A DNA stretch of 64,000 nucleotides from Lytechinus pictus (Eukaryota): assembly GCF_037042905.1 (NCBI RefSeq), contig NC_087251.1, forward strand, positions 11,038,001 to 11,102,000. Direction: 5' to 3'. Every line of letters starts with the position of its first letter. Position 1 is the stretch's first letter. The position numbers were made by a program, and so were the translations under genes. The notes beneath the pieces were generated by a model. The model worked only from the letters and a program-made list of their open reading frames with translations. It was not told the DNA's origin and searched no databases. Positions 1 through 11,848 of the stretch are shown piece after piece.

Positions 1-6
1 ATGATC

Positions 7-223
7 CATGGTCGTACGCAGCGGGGGGGGGGGGAACAGGGGGCAGTTGCCCCCAGAAATTGTGAAAATTTACATTTTCAAAAGTATGTGCCAAATCCTT
101 CAATATAACTTGACAAAATGCAAAAAAAAACGCCCCAATGACTCCCTCGCTTTCAATTTTTTTTTTAAGTGTACGCATGCTGCCCCCCACCCCCCCAGCG
201 AAAGATTTCTGCGTACGGCCATG
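7..223. mobile_element. G-tract MITE
   Basis: CATGGTCGTACGCAG / CTGCGTACGGCCATG inverted termini with inner G and C tracts. Confidence 0.7.
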
Positions 224-3200
224 AGTAAGTTAGATCTATTCCTGATTTTTTAATCAATCGCACATGGGAGCTGCGTCACAGGGGGGGGGGGGCTGGGATG
301 GCCCTCTTCTATTCTCAAGTGATCAAAATGAAGACTAAATAAGAGCAGAATTGAAAAAGAAGATAGAGATACAGTGTCATAAAGAATGTGCAGGGTCATG
401 TAATCATATAATTCACTTTTAATGCAAATATTAAGTCACTCTTATAGTGCGTCTGAAAGTGCATTTAGTTCCAAATCCCTTTTTAAGACGGAGCCCATCG
501 AGCTCAAAGTCATGATTACCAATCAGGAAATAGTTTGATATAGTCTATGCACATTTTACATAGCGATTGTCCATACATAGTACTATTGTTCATGTAGGCT
601 AATGGAGAAAATATAATACTTTATATCAATATCATTGTCTTCGCAAAAATTCCAGGAAATTAATGTTTTTCAAATTCATTATATGTTGAAATTGCTTTAA
701 CATTGCATTGATATAATTATGAAAATCAAAATGTCTATTTTAAAGTAATTACCACATGATCGCGCTCTAAAAATATTACAGGTGCCTCTTTGGCATATAG
801 TTATGAATTTAAATGTGATATGCGAGAACCTGGAAGTGTTTGCATAGTGACGGTATATCCAGGTGAGTTTGAATAACGCTGTGTGGGGGTATATCACGTA
901 GGAGCTCGGTGTATAGGGATGGTGCCAAGGGCGGGAGGGTCATAATGACGATAGAGCTCCTAGATTTTTCAAGATAACAATGAAGGCAGAGAAAGAAAGG
1001 AGAAGAAGTGTGTCAATGAGGGGACGCGTAACTCAAAAGTATCCCTAATATCTAACTGAAAAAAATAAATCTTTGGATCATCTTGCCCCCCCCCCTTATT
1101 CCCTTGAACCGACCCTGTTTTCCCACATACACTGCTATAAGCTTGTAACCCCTGTAGGGACCGGGGCGGTGGCATACCCCATCCCCCTTATATTACTGCA
1201 TGGCTATGCCATAATCTGCAAAGTATTATTATTATAGATATAGAGAATCATCGCCCACCGTGACTGGAAATTTACAGAGAGCGTTGGACTTTGATCAGCA
1301 TTGTGTATTACACTTATCAATATACTCTGTGATCATTTATTCTTTTCGCTGTACTGTACAGTGCCATTGTGAACTTTTCAGTCAAACCATGCATTATTTT
1401 TTAAATTAATTTCAATGCATTGTGAAAGAACATGTTTTGGATCGTATACGGTATAAGATTAAATGATTTCGAATCGATGTTCAGTGTCTTTTAATTTTCG
1501 AATCGATAATAGTTTGATTATTGGATGTGCGGGTACCTCCTTTTTTATATAGCGTAGTCATAGGACGGCTTTACATATAGGACTATACCATAGGTCTGTA
1601 AATGAATCAATTTCACTGCTCTATCTTGTTGACTATTCACTATTATCTAGAGCTCAGTCGGTTTACTTCGATATCACACAATTTTATTCCTCCTTTCAGG
1701 ATATCATAAGATTTTACAGCATAAACTAAGCCTTGTGAGCATTTATCAAGAAAGCTCTAAAACGAAAGGAAATAGGGTTCTGTTTAACAATGTCATATGT
1801 TTCATCATCTCTACCATTAAATATCAGATGGTTTTAATTGTTCTTACTTTCATGGGCAAAATATGCAAGAAATTTTATTTTTAAGATTACATTTTGACTT
1901 CATTTCCATACACGCTTGGTCGCCACATAATGGATACTAAGTACGTACAGTAGTCCAGTCCGGGGGGGGGGGGGGGCTCTGTATTAATGAACAGGAGCCC
2001 ATCATGATGATGATTGTAAAGATAGACGTGATGAACAATGGAGAAACGGGGTTGAGAATTGGGGATTTTAATGTCGATTCCAAACTTCCGATTAGACAGC
2101 TCCTTTAACAAGTCAAATATTATTATAAAATTGTTGATATCAAAATCATTCATTTTCAAACTCACTCTCCTCGCTCGTTGGCAAATTAAAATTTCAGCTG
2201 ACTAAAACTGATTTCCTTATTACGCCAGTTGCATTATACTTAAAAGTGAAAGTGGATTTACTTCCAAATATTAATTAAAAACCTGTCTGAAAAAATTAGG
2301 TGTGGGGATTGGCGTTATAATCTTCCTACAAATCACAAGTACACTCTATGCATCTTGATTTGAAAATGCACTTGAAACCTAATATTGGGCTTTAAATAGA
2401 AGTAAAACCGACTGACAATAATAACAATCGTTAGACTTTTTATTGATTCTTTTAAAGAGAATTGTTCCTAATGTCGACAAATCGGGGTCTTGCCCTTGAT
2501 CCATAATCACCGATAACGAGTTTGTCTATAATCTATGATATTTCTCTAAACTCTATTCCGGATTCAGAGTCTAGAACTGGATTATGAAGATAAATGGAAT
2601 ATTGATACATCGTCTGCCTATATATATATTATCACAAAGATGTCGCATCGTTCCCCAATTAGTAAGGTTGTGAGCCAGTGGTATTAGACGAGTGTATAAA
2701 AGTAGAAGATAGCAACGAGAAGTAGGAGGAGGAGAGAAGAGGGAGAGGTATGACGTCACAGGCCTAGTGACTGCATCAGAAGGCATGCCCAGAGTCAATA
2801 AAGAGAGAAGTGTATCATCCATGCCATCACGAGGGATCTAGTCTCACATTTCAGCCTTGGCTACGAAGATAGTGATTTTGCTGAAACAAATTTTTTACTG
2901 CACGTATTTTTCGTCACAAACAGATATCCCTTTTCGCACCCCCCCCCCCCTTTTTTTTTTTTAAGCCACAAGTCAGAGTGATTCGTGATTGGTTGTTAGC
3001 ACCGTGTGCATAATGAACATTGGTGAACTTCTAAAGGCCCAGAAATACTTATTTAGATTCATGAAATCCTTGAGTAATGAAATATAAAATGAAAGGGCGA
3101 GAGTATAGTCCTTTGGAATACAAAATATTGCCCGTACTCTTGGGGGGCAGGGGCCGGGGGCGTCTCATCGCCTCCACTAATGCTCCCGTAATAATCAGGC

Positions 3201-3832
3201 CCATCACACTCCTCCTTAAAGGTGGTTTTAATCGAGTTAATGCGATTAATTCTATAATAAGATAAATCAAGAGATTGCCCCCATCTTTTTTATTGAAATA
3301 GAGTAGTCGTCATAGTTATATTTGAGAAACGTAGGGTGATGTGATGGGGTAGAATGTGTTTCTTTGTGTGTGGTGGAGGTTATAGAATCGTGTTCTGTTT
3401 GTTCGGATGTTCTTTCTAGGGAGTAATGGTTGGTAAATAAGTTGTGGAATAAGCAGGTCACTTTTTAGGGATACTTGGTGCATAGCCTCCTCTGATACAT
3501 TCATGATTGATTGCATTTTGTTTTTGCCTATTCAACTGAATTAGATTTTAAGATATCATTTCCGTGATTTTGGACCCCTACTCTCTTTGTCTTAAATAAT
3601 GTGTATATATCGCTTTCAAACTTATGTTTTATTAAGAAGGGTGTTAGGGGGGGGGGTCATAATCTAAACAGAGCTTCAACTTTAGATAGTAAAATTTAAA
3701 AAAAATGACGTTTATTTTGTTCTCAAAACAAGTAGATGTATCACTCTTGAATTGTAAACCTTTTTCAAAATATAGATACACCTATGTCATTTGAAGCATT
3801 CACCATCACTTGTAGATATCTATAGTTTCCGT

Positions 3833-4252
3833 CGGTAAATTGCCATTCGTCCACTGCCAACTCGTCCATTCACCACGTGGTCTACCTTCATTTAGTTTAA
3901 TGCCATTGCGTCCATCAACATTTCGTCTAACAACCATTTGGTCCAATAACCATTTGGTCTAATTATCACTTCGTCTAATCACCAGTGCGTCTATGACCAT
4001 TTCGTCTCACAACCAGTTGGTCTAATATTCGTTTTATTTTCACTCATTTTGCCCAATTGACACTTAGTCTAATTAAACCAGATGGAATATGGACTAAATG
4101 TATATTGGACCAACTAGTTATTAGACGAAATGATGAGTGGACGAAACTGCAATTAGACCATATGGATATTAGACGAACTGATGGTAGACCAAACGATAGA
4201 AGACGAGTTGGCAATTGGACGAATTGGCATTGGACGAAATGAAAATAAACAG
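3833..4252. repeat. Foldback MITE built from about 15-bp TT(C/G)GTC(C/T)AA subrepeats
   Basis: Left half has TTCGTCTAA/TTGGTCCAA units and right half has TTAGACGAA/TTGGACCAA units. Confidence 0.75.
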
Positions 4253-4269
4253 TTTGCGTCTACATGGTC

Positions 4270-5345
4270 CATAACACGCAACTGCCATATTTTTTAAAAT
4301 CATTATTTATTACAACCTGTCTCGCCAGAACAAAGAGCTTTATTTATGCTGACGACCTCGGCAATGCTACTCTGGTAATCATACATTGCCATGTTTATAT
4401 CTGCCCTAGATAACCTGACATTTATACTACGAGGACCCTTTAGCTGCTAAATTTACAAAAGCATCGGTTTGAAAGTTTGGCTAATCGAACGACACAAACC
4501 ATGAAATTGAAAGTGGGAAAACTTATTACACTCATGGAATAGTTCTGCCCTTGTCTGATTGTGATCATCCAGTGCACCTTGGCGTCACCCTTGGCGGCAA
4601 ATGGGAAAGTTACGACCAGGAACCCTCCCCCTCCCCTGCAGAAGTGAGCAAATCTTCTTTGAAGGGTATTACTTTACGTAATAGCCCTTGCGTTATGTTC
4701 TTCTGCAGAAGTGCATGCATGCCCAGTTGGAAAAAAACATGATCTCACTTTGGTAAACTTCACCAACCCTCAATGAGAGTTGCGGGTCAGTAACCGGTTG
4801 CCTGATGAAGCCAATGCATGTCGGCGGATCTTGTCGGCACTGCTATCGTAGCTATAATTGCTCCACGGTGATCGGTAGCCAGCTGCATGGAGCATGTGAG
4901 AAAGAGCCATGCAGGGTAGTAAGCATTCATTTTTTTAACATGAAACTAGCTCAGAATCTAAGAAATGTTTCTCGTATTCAAGCCATTAATAGCTGAATCC
5001 TCAGAGGTGCCAAGATGTAGACTATGGGAGGCGCATCATCATCAATAAAAGCTACCTTTTCTTCTGGCCAAGGAGCACTTATCCCATAGCACCGGCAAGA
5101 CTGAAAGACATCTCAAATCATACCGCATTTCTTTCAATGCCCAAATCTATAAGATCAATGGAATCAATATAATTTGATGGCCAGATCATGACTAAACATC
5201 TGATTGTTCTGTGTAGATGTCAGACACGAAGATAGAAGGAGAAGGTATGACGGCAGTCAATACCAGAGTGTGGTACACTCTGGAATGAAAAACATTTTTA
5301 TTGACTTTTAACAACACCAAGACACATGTTCTTCTCAGCCAATAA
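4270..5345 (+). mobile_element. Highly decayed non-LTR RT remnant, probably RTE-X-like; boundaries approximate
   Basis: TKSFIYADDL at about 4330-4359, CDHPVHLGVTL at about 4560-4592 and a TGCL-KP-like trace near 4795, in the expected order, with many stops and frameshifts. Confidence 0.55.
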
Positions 5346-5579
5346 AATGTAAGGATTTTTTTCTTAGATCTGACATCTCTTTAGACGACCAACAAGAAAT
5401 AATGATGAAACACTTACCAAGTGTCACTTTTCAAACTATACTATTTAAACTCATCTCAAACCTCAAATATTGTGTACGTCAAAGTGATACTAGACGAAAG
5501 TCGACGCCTTTTTATTATTAGCTATTTTATTTAAGTAAGGTCCTCTCTGAGGGTATAATGAGGATTTAAAAATTGTTAA

Positions 5580-6338
5580 AGTAATGGTCACACCGCCAGA
5601 ACTTTGCTGGAGCGGTCCTTGAACGGTAGGGAGAGTGCCACCGCGCGCAAAATGGAAAAAAAAAATCTAAAACACGGGCGTTGCCTTAGCGGTTCACCGC
5701 TGAAGCCGGCGTTGCTTTAGCGTTGGATTAACGGTAGTGAGCGGTAGCGAGCGTTGGTTTAGCGGTGACACCTCCATACCAACGCCAAACCAAAGTTCAT
5801 CACCGCAATGGATCGCTGTTTCAACGCCCGACATCGTTCCAGCAATCCCGTGTACGCTCGTAAAACACATACAACCACTCTACCAAAATTTGTGCAACGT
5901 TTAATCACCGCAGCGGTCACGGTCCAGCTTTCAAGATTTTTGCGTTGGCCTAGCGGACCCAAGCGTCCACGAACTTGCGCCTAGAGGTGCCAAACTTTGA
6001 CTTGGCGTTGTTGGAGCGGGGTGATTTTTGCGGGAGCGGAAAACTGCCCGCTCCTCACCGCTCGCAATATTTTGTGCAGCTCAAAATTTACGGAGCGGTA
6101 GGAGGGACCATCAGTGCGATTGTATGCATTTTGGATTGCTGGAACGGTGTCGAGCGTTGAAAGCTACGGTTAAACCAACACTAAAGCAATGCCGGCTTCA
6201 GCGGTGCACCGCTAAGGCAACGCCCGTGTTTTAGAAATGTTTTCCATTTTGCGCGCGGTGACGAGCGTCGTCGAAATTCGATCCCCTCTCTCCATTCAAG
6301 GACCGCTCCAGCAAAGTTATGGCGGTGTGACCACTACT
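5580..6338. mobile_element. PIF/Harbinger-type foldback MITE
   Basis: Long inverted arms AGTAATGGTCACACCGCC / GGCGGTGTGACCACTACT with further internal complementarity. TAA on both sides (5577-5579, 6339-6341). Confidence 0.88.
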
Positions 6339-6366
6339 TAAATGAATGCCTTACCAAAATAGCAAT

Positions 6367-6442
6367 GGCGCACCATAGTTGGGAATCGAACCCTGGTCAC
6401 CGGAATGCGAAACCCCCGCTCTAACAACTGAGCTATCGCGCC
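6367..6442 (-). mobile_element. tRNA-derived sequence (SINE head or tRNA pseudogene)
   Basis: Minus strand GGCGCGATAGCTCAGTTGTTAGAGCG...GGGTTCGATTCCC...GTGCGCC. Has A box and B box and a partial acceptor stem, but defective T and anticodon stems. Confidence 0.7.
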
Positions 6443-6984
6443 TCCTCCTCCAAGGGGGAATGACGTAACGTACATCCTCTTTTTTCGAAAAAGACTTGCT
6501 ATTTTCGTCATTGATCATGGCTAAGTTTACTTTTGATGAGAAAATAATGCACACATCTGAATTTCTTATCACCCATTTCAACATAGGCTAGATGATGTAC
6601 CATTTACTTTTTATTTATAAAATGACGTTATTTCCAAGTAGCTGAAATGTGTGGTTTTTAAACCCGTGGATGTTGATTCATGTCCCACTGATCATATCAA
6701 ATTCTCAAGCGATATCTTTAAAGGTCAGAACATCGCTTTTAAGTAAAGTTTTCCTGATTACTGACAAGATAACCTAAGCTGGATTGTAAAAAAGAGACAA
6801 GAGGGAATAATAGTGCAGCGGTTTTATATTCTTGTTTCCCCCCAGTTTTTCAAACTTCTTGTGGTAATGAATCAGTGGTAAACCCGATCCGATCTATTAA
6901 ATGTCAAATTAATCCATCATCAGTCTTTTTAATGATGGAAGAAGAGAAAATGAAGAGACGACCCTTTCGTTTAGCTGAAGGCGA

Positions 6985-7216
6985 AGATGGCGATAATGAT
7001 GGTGAGGAGGAGGATGATCGCGGTGGTGATAATGATGATGACGATGAGGAGGAGGATGCTTGAGGAAGATGCGTAAGAAGGGTGAATGAGAATGGTGATG
7101 TTTAATTATGATGATGATGATGGTGATGATGACGACGATGATGATGATGATGACGGCAATGATGATGATGATGATGGTGGTGGTATCGGTGGTGGTGGTG
7201 GTGATAATGATGATGA
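6985..7216. repeat. (GAT/GAG/GGT)n low-complexity tract
   Basis: Degenerate trinucleotide repeats. Confidence 0.85.
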
Positions 7217-8460
7217 CATTTAGTATAACGCAATTAAAAAATATTAACCATGGTATTCATTGTGGTCGATATGAAATTGCTACCGAAGGAGGAGACAAGC
7301 AAACAGATAATTTGTACAAAGTTCTCCTATTAAATCAAAGCTTCATTGTGCAGACTAATATGCTCCTCCTATCCGCCAGGGGACATATCCCATATATGTA
7401 CGTCTGATGCTTGGAGAGAAACCGCGCACATACACTGTTGCCTAGGAACGGAAGATGACGGCCGACGAAGAACAGCTCTGGCTTAACTCCTCTGACTACT
7501 TTTGTATATTTTAGTCAACTAGTGAATGTCAATGTTTTTGTTTTGGGTTATTTTGGTAAACAAGATTATGCGAAATGATATCGGAAGGGAAGCTCATGAT
7601 TATAAATAGTCATGAAGGAAGGGGGAAACGGAAAAGGAATAGATGCTATAATGTGATACAGGGGGCGAGGGCTTAGACCGAGGGATATAATTAAACCTTC
7701 TATGGTTTAAACTGTGTCAGATCTTTTTATGATTCCCCTGTTCACTTTAAAATAGAACATAATCCGAGAACGAAGAAAACTGAGTTTTCAGTTTCAGTTT
7801 CAGTTTTATTTTTTCTCATTTCCAACAAAACAGTATACAAAATCCATCATAAATACATTTATAACAATTGAAATGTATAAAGAAACATGTAACACAATAT
7901 ATATATTTATCTAAATTATACATTTGAAACTTAATATGGATCATTAAATATTTGTGGCTGAAAATAACATGCTGGAAATGGAGAGGTCCACTGTGAAGCT
8001 GTGCTTGTAAATCGTGGACCCCTCAAAACAAATTATTCATTAATATTAAATTACATTATTAAAATAATTATAGTGGCCAAAAGAGGGGAAGAAAATGTGA
8101 AATAAACAATAACATGATGCATGAAATGAGTAATTTACGAAGAATAACCACAAGGAGAGACGATGAGAAGAACATATCTGCATGTGGACTAAAATAAGAG
8201 AATGTTTCACAGGTGATGTATAACGAGTATGAAGTAGACGCGCAAAAGAAACGGATCAAAGTGTATGCCTGGTTGAGCAATGGTGACGAGTTCTTCGATA
8301 TCAACAATAATAACAATGATAGTGATAATAGAGATAATAATAATGTTGATGATATTGATAATCACAATAATAATAGTAATCATGATACTTATAACAAAAA
8401 TAATCATGATAATAGTGATAATCAATAAAAGAAGGGACAATCTACGTACAACAGGGAGAG

Positions 8461-11400
8461 CTAGGTTTTGTAATTAGCCAATAAAAATGTCTTAAGTTTT
8501 CTTTTGAAGACTGCGAGTGAAGGGGAGTTTTTCAAATCTATGCACAAAGTATTCCAAAATTTAGGACCTTCAAAAATGAATGTATTTTGTGCTGAAAGTG
8601 TTTTTAGTAAAGGTAAATGAAATTCTTCAGACTGTCTAGTGGGATATTTATGAATAGTTTGATTCTTTATAAACATCTCATGAAAAACTAAGGGAAGGGT
8701 ACCAGAATTGAATTTATACATAAATTCTCCAAGATGAAACAAGTAGAGATCGTTTACTTTGAGAATATTATGTTCAAGGAAAAGTGGATCTGAGTGGGCA
8801 CGAAACGGAGCATTGCAGATTATACGAATTACTTTTTTTTGTAACAACATCATTTTTTCTAACAGAGTTTGATGAGTGTTTCCCCAAAGCAAAAGTCCAT
8901 AATTTAGGTAGGGTAAAACAAGAGAATAATAAAGAGTAAGCAAAGATCGTTGTGGAAGATGTGATTTTAGTCTGTTAATAATACCAATATTTCGAGAGAT
9001 TGTTTTGCAAATATTTTCGATATGTAATTTCCAGGAGAGCTTGCTATCAACCAAAACACCTAAGAATTTTGTATGATAAACCTGCTTAATTGGGGTATTG
9101 TCAAACATAATTTGAGTCGGTAATGAAGCTAAGGAGTTACTAAATAATATGTAATTCGTCTTCAAAAGGTTTAATGACAGTTTATTTGTTCTTATCCATT
9201 CTAAAATATTTCGCAACTCTGCATTGACGACATCAACAAGAACATTTGGATCTCTGTGTGAAAAAAATAAGTTAGTATCATCTGCAAATAAAATGAATGA
9301 CAGTGAATTGGACGATTTGTGAAAATCATTTATATAAAGAATAAACAACAAAGGGCCTAAAAGACTCCCTTGCGGAACACCACAAGTAATATTTCTAAAA
9401 TCAGATTCGTGCTCATTTAAATATACAAATTGTTTCCTGTTAGAAAGGTAACTCCTGAACCAATCCAATGCCTTTCCACGGACACCGATATGATTGAGTT
9501 TATAAAGTAAAATGTCATGATTTATCGTATCGAAGGCCTTGGAGAAGTCCAGGAATATACCAACTGTGTGAGAAGAAGAGTCAATTGAATGAGCAACCTT
9601 TTCTACAAAAGTCATTAAAGCGTGAACAGTACTATGTTTCTCCCTAAACCAAATTGGAAGTTAGAAAATATATTATTTTTCTTCAAGAAAGTTATCATTC
9701 GAGTGAAAACTATTTTTTCTAAAATTTTGGAAAAAGAAGACAATAACGAGATTGGCCGATAGTTACCTACTTCAAGTGTGTCACCTTTCTTAAACAATGG
9801 TATGATTTTAGCAAGTTTCATGGAATTAGGAAATTCACCATGCAGCAGTGATAAATTAAAGATGTGGACCAATGGATCTACAATGTAAGGAATAATGGCC
9901 TTTAAAATAACGTTACTGATTTCGTCAAAGCCGGAACTTTTTTTATTTTGTAAGTTGGAAACAATGTTTGTGACTTCATGTCTATTCGTAGGAAAAAGGA
10001 AAATAGAACTTGGATTAGCAGGACCTAAAAAGTCAGTAAAACACCTGTCAGAAGGGGGGATATTTTTAGCCAGATCGTTACCAATTGAGGAAAAGTAATT
10101 ATTGAAAATATTCGCTATATATTTTGGATCTTCAAAAATTTCATTATTATTCCTGATTCTATTTATTTCAGAAACTCCTTTAGTTAAGTTCATCGCCTGT
10201 TTGATGATTTTCCATGTGTTTTGGGTATCGTGTTTGAACATTTCCAAACGATTTACAAAATATTTTCTTTTTTCTAAACGAATGATATTGATTAATGTAT
10301 TTTTATAGGACGTATACTTTAATTTTGCTTTCTCAGTACCTTTTAATTTGTATTTACAAAAAAGATTATTTTTTCGATTAATTGAGCGTAGAATAGATTT
10401 TGAAATCGAAGGAAGTTTTGGTGTTTTTTTATAATTTGTTTTGATTTTTTGTTTCGGCATAACTATGTCCAGCTGATTGCTTAATATTTGGGAAAAAGCT
10501 TCATATGAATTATTTATGTTTTCATTTATGTAAACACTCGACCAATCATAATTTTCCAAATTAATACCAAGACGTGCCAATCTTTCGGCGTTAACTTTAC
10601 GTCTGAATAGTGAGGAACTATTGGTATTTATAGGTTGTCTCAGTGGATAGTGCATTGCAATAGGGTAGTGATCAGTAATGTCCGAAATTATTATATAAGA
10701 ATCAGGATGTGGGATTACATTTGAAAATATATTATCAATTAAAGTGGCAGATGTATTCGAAACGCGCGTTGGTTTGGAAACTAGTGGCAGACAAGAGGCC
10801 GATAAAATCAACTCAAGAAATTCTTGGGAAACGTTGTTGAGTTCATGGTTCAATAAGTCTATGTTAAAATCTCCCATCAGAAAAAAATCTTTATTGTCAA
10901 AATTAATATTTCTTAATAAATCTGAAAAATATTGTAAAAATTCTTTAGTACTAGAGCTAGGGGATCTATAAATAACACCGGCGATGATATTCTTATTTCC
11001 AGGAATCAAAATTTCAATGATGAGGGATTCAATAATGTTGTTGCAAACAGAGATTTCATTCAAAATAGTATAATTAAGTGATTTGCGAACGTAGAGAGCA
11101 ACACCACCACCAACTTTATTTTTTCTATTTTTATTGATGAACTCATAATCCTTTATATGAAATGGGTGGTTTAAATCGTGATTTAACCAAGTTTCCGTAA
11201 GGCCGATCAGAGAAAGTGGGTTTGACATGGGCTTATCTATAAGTGAAAGAAGGTCATCAAAATGTCGATTCAAACTTCTGATATTTAGGTGAAGTAAGGA
11301 AAATGTATTTAATTCAAATTCTTTCAAGACACGGGAAAACTGATTGACGGTTAAATAATTAGTAATTCCTCGTTGGGCTGGGTCATCGAAATCAAAATCA

Positions 11401-11576
11401 AACTCCAAGTTTACACATGAAGAATTCATGCTATCTCTGATAAGATTGTCGTATAAATTAGTAGAGGTAAGAGAGGCATCATTATATTGCATAGGTCGAT
11501 GTAACTCGAAGAAATCGTCATCACTAAGCCTATGGAAAGGCAATGATTGTCTATCAAACGAATCAGACATCGTCAT
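8461..11576 (-). pseudogene. LINE ORF2 (APE endonuclease + reverse transcriptase) split by a single frameshift
   Basis: EN motifs HLNIRSL, GLTETWL, GGGVALY, IYRSP, MGDFN, TLIDNIF, TDHYPI. RT motifs YRPISLL, FLDFSKAFD, GVPQGSLLGPLLF, FADD. Adding one T near 9646-9648 restores QFGFREKHST. Confidence 0.92.
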
Positions 11577-11779
11577 AGATTAAAAAGTATTTTCTCATTA
11601 CAGATATTTGGCGATTAAAATAAATCATGTCTAAAATAGCGCTATCAGTAAGATATAGAGGATGTGGGGAATGAACAACGTCCACATGAAGTAAGGTTGG
11701 AGACGAGTAGATGGATAACAAATGCAAATGGAAGAAAGTGGTGATAAAGAACAAAAAACGATTGGAGAAATGAACACAC

Positions 11780-11846
<67 letters not shown>
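11780..11846. repeat. (GAT)n microsatellite
   Basis: Pure GAT run. Confidence 0.95.

Positions 11847-11848
<2 letters not shown>

Noticed and set aside
6367..6442. Functional tRNA gene
   Set aside because: T-arm and anticodon stems do not pair properly and there are extra bases before the 3' acceptor strand.
6875..7407. Acidic and poly-Met ORFs
   Set aside because: Derived from trinucleotide repeats, with no splice or homology support.
8068..8477. Asn/Asp-rich or Ile-rich ORFs
   Set aside because: Translations of (AAT/GAT)n low-complexity sequence within the LINE 3' UTR.
9615..9650. Programmed frameshift or stop-start coupling (TAATG overlap) between the two LINE ORFs
   Set aside because: The break falls inside the conserved QFGFR RT motif and is fully explained by a 1-bp deletion.
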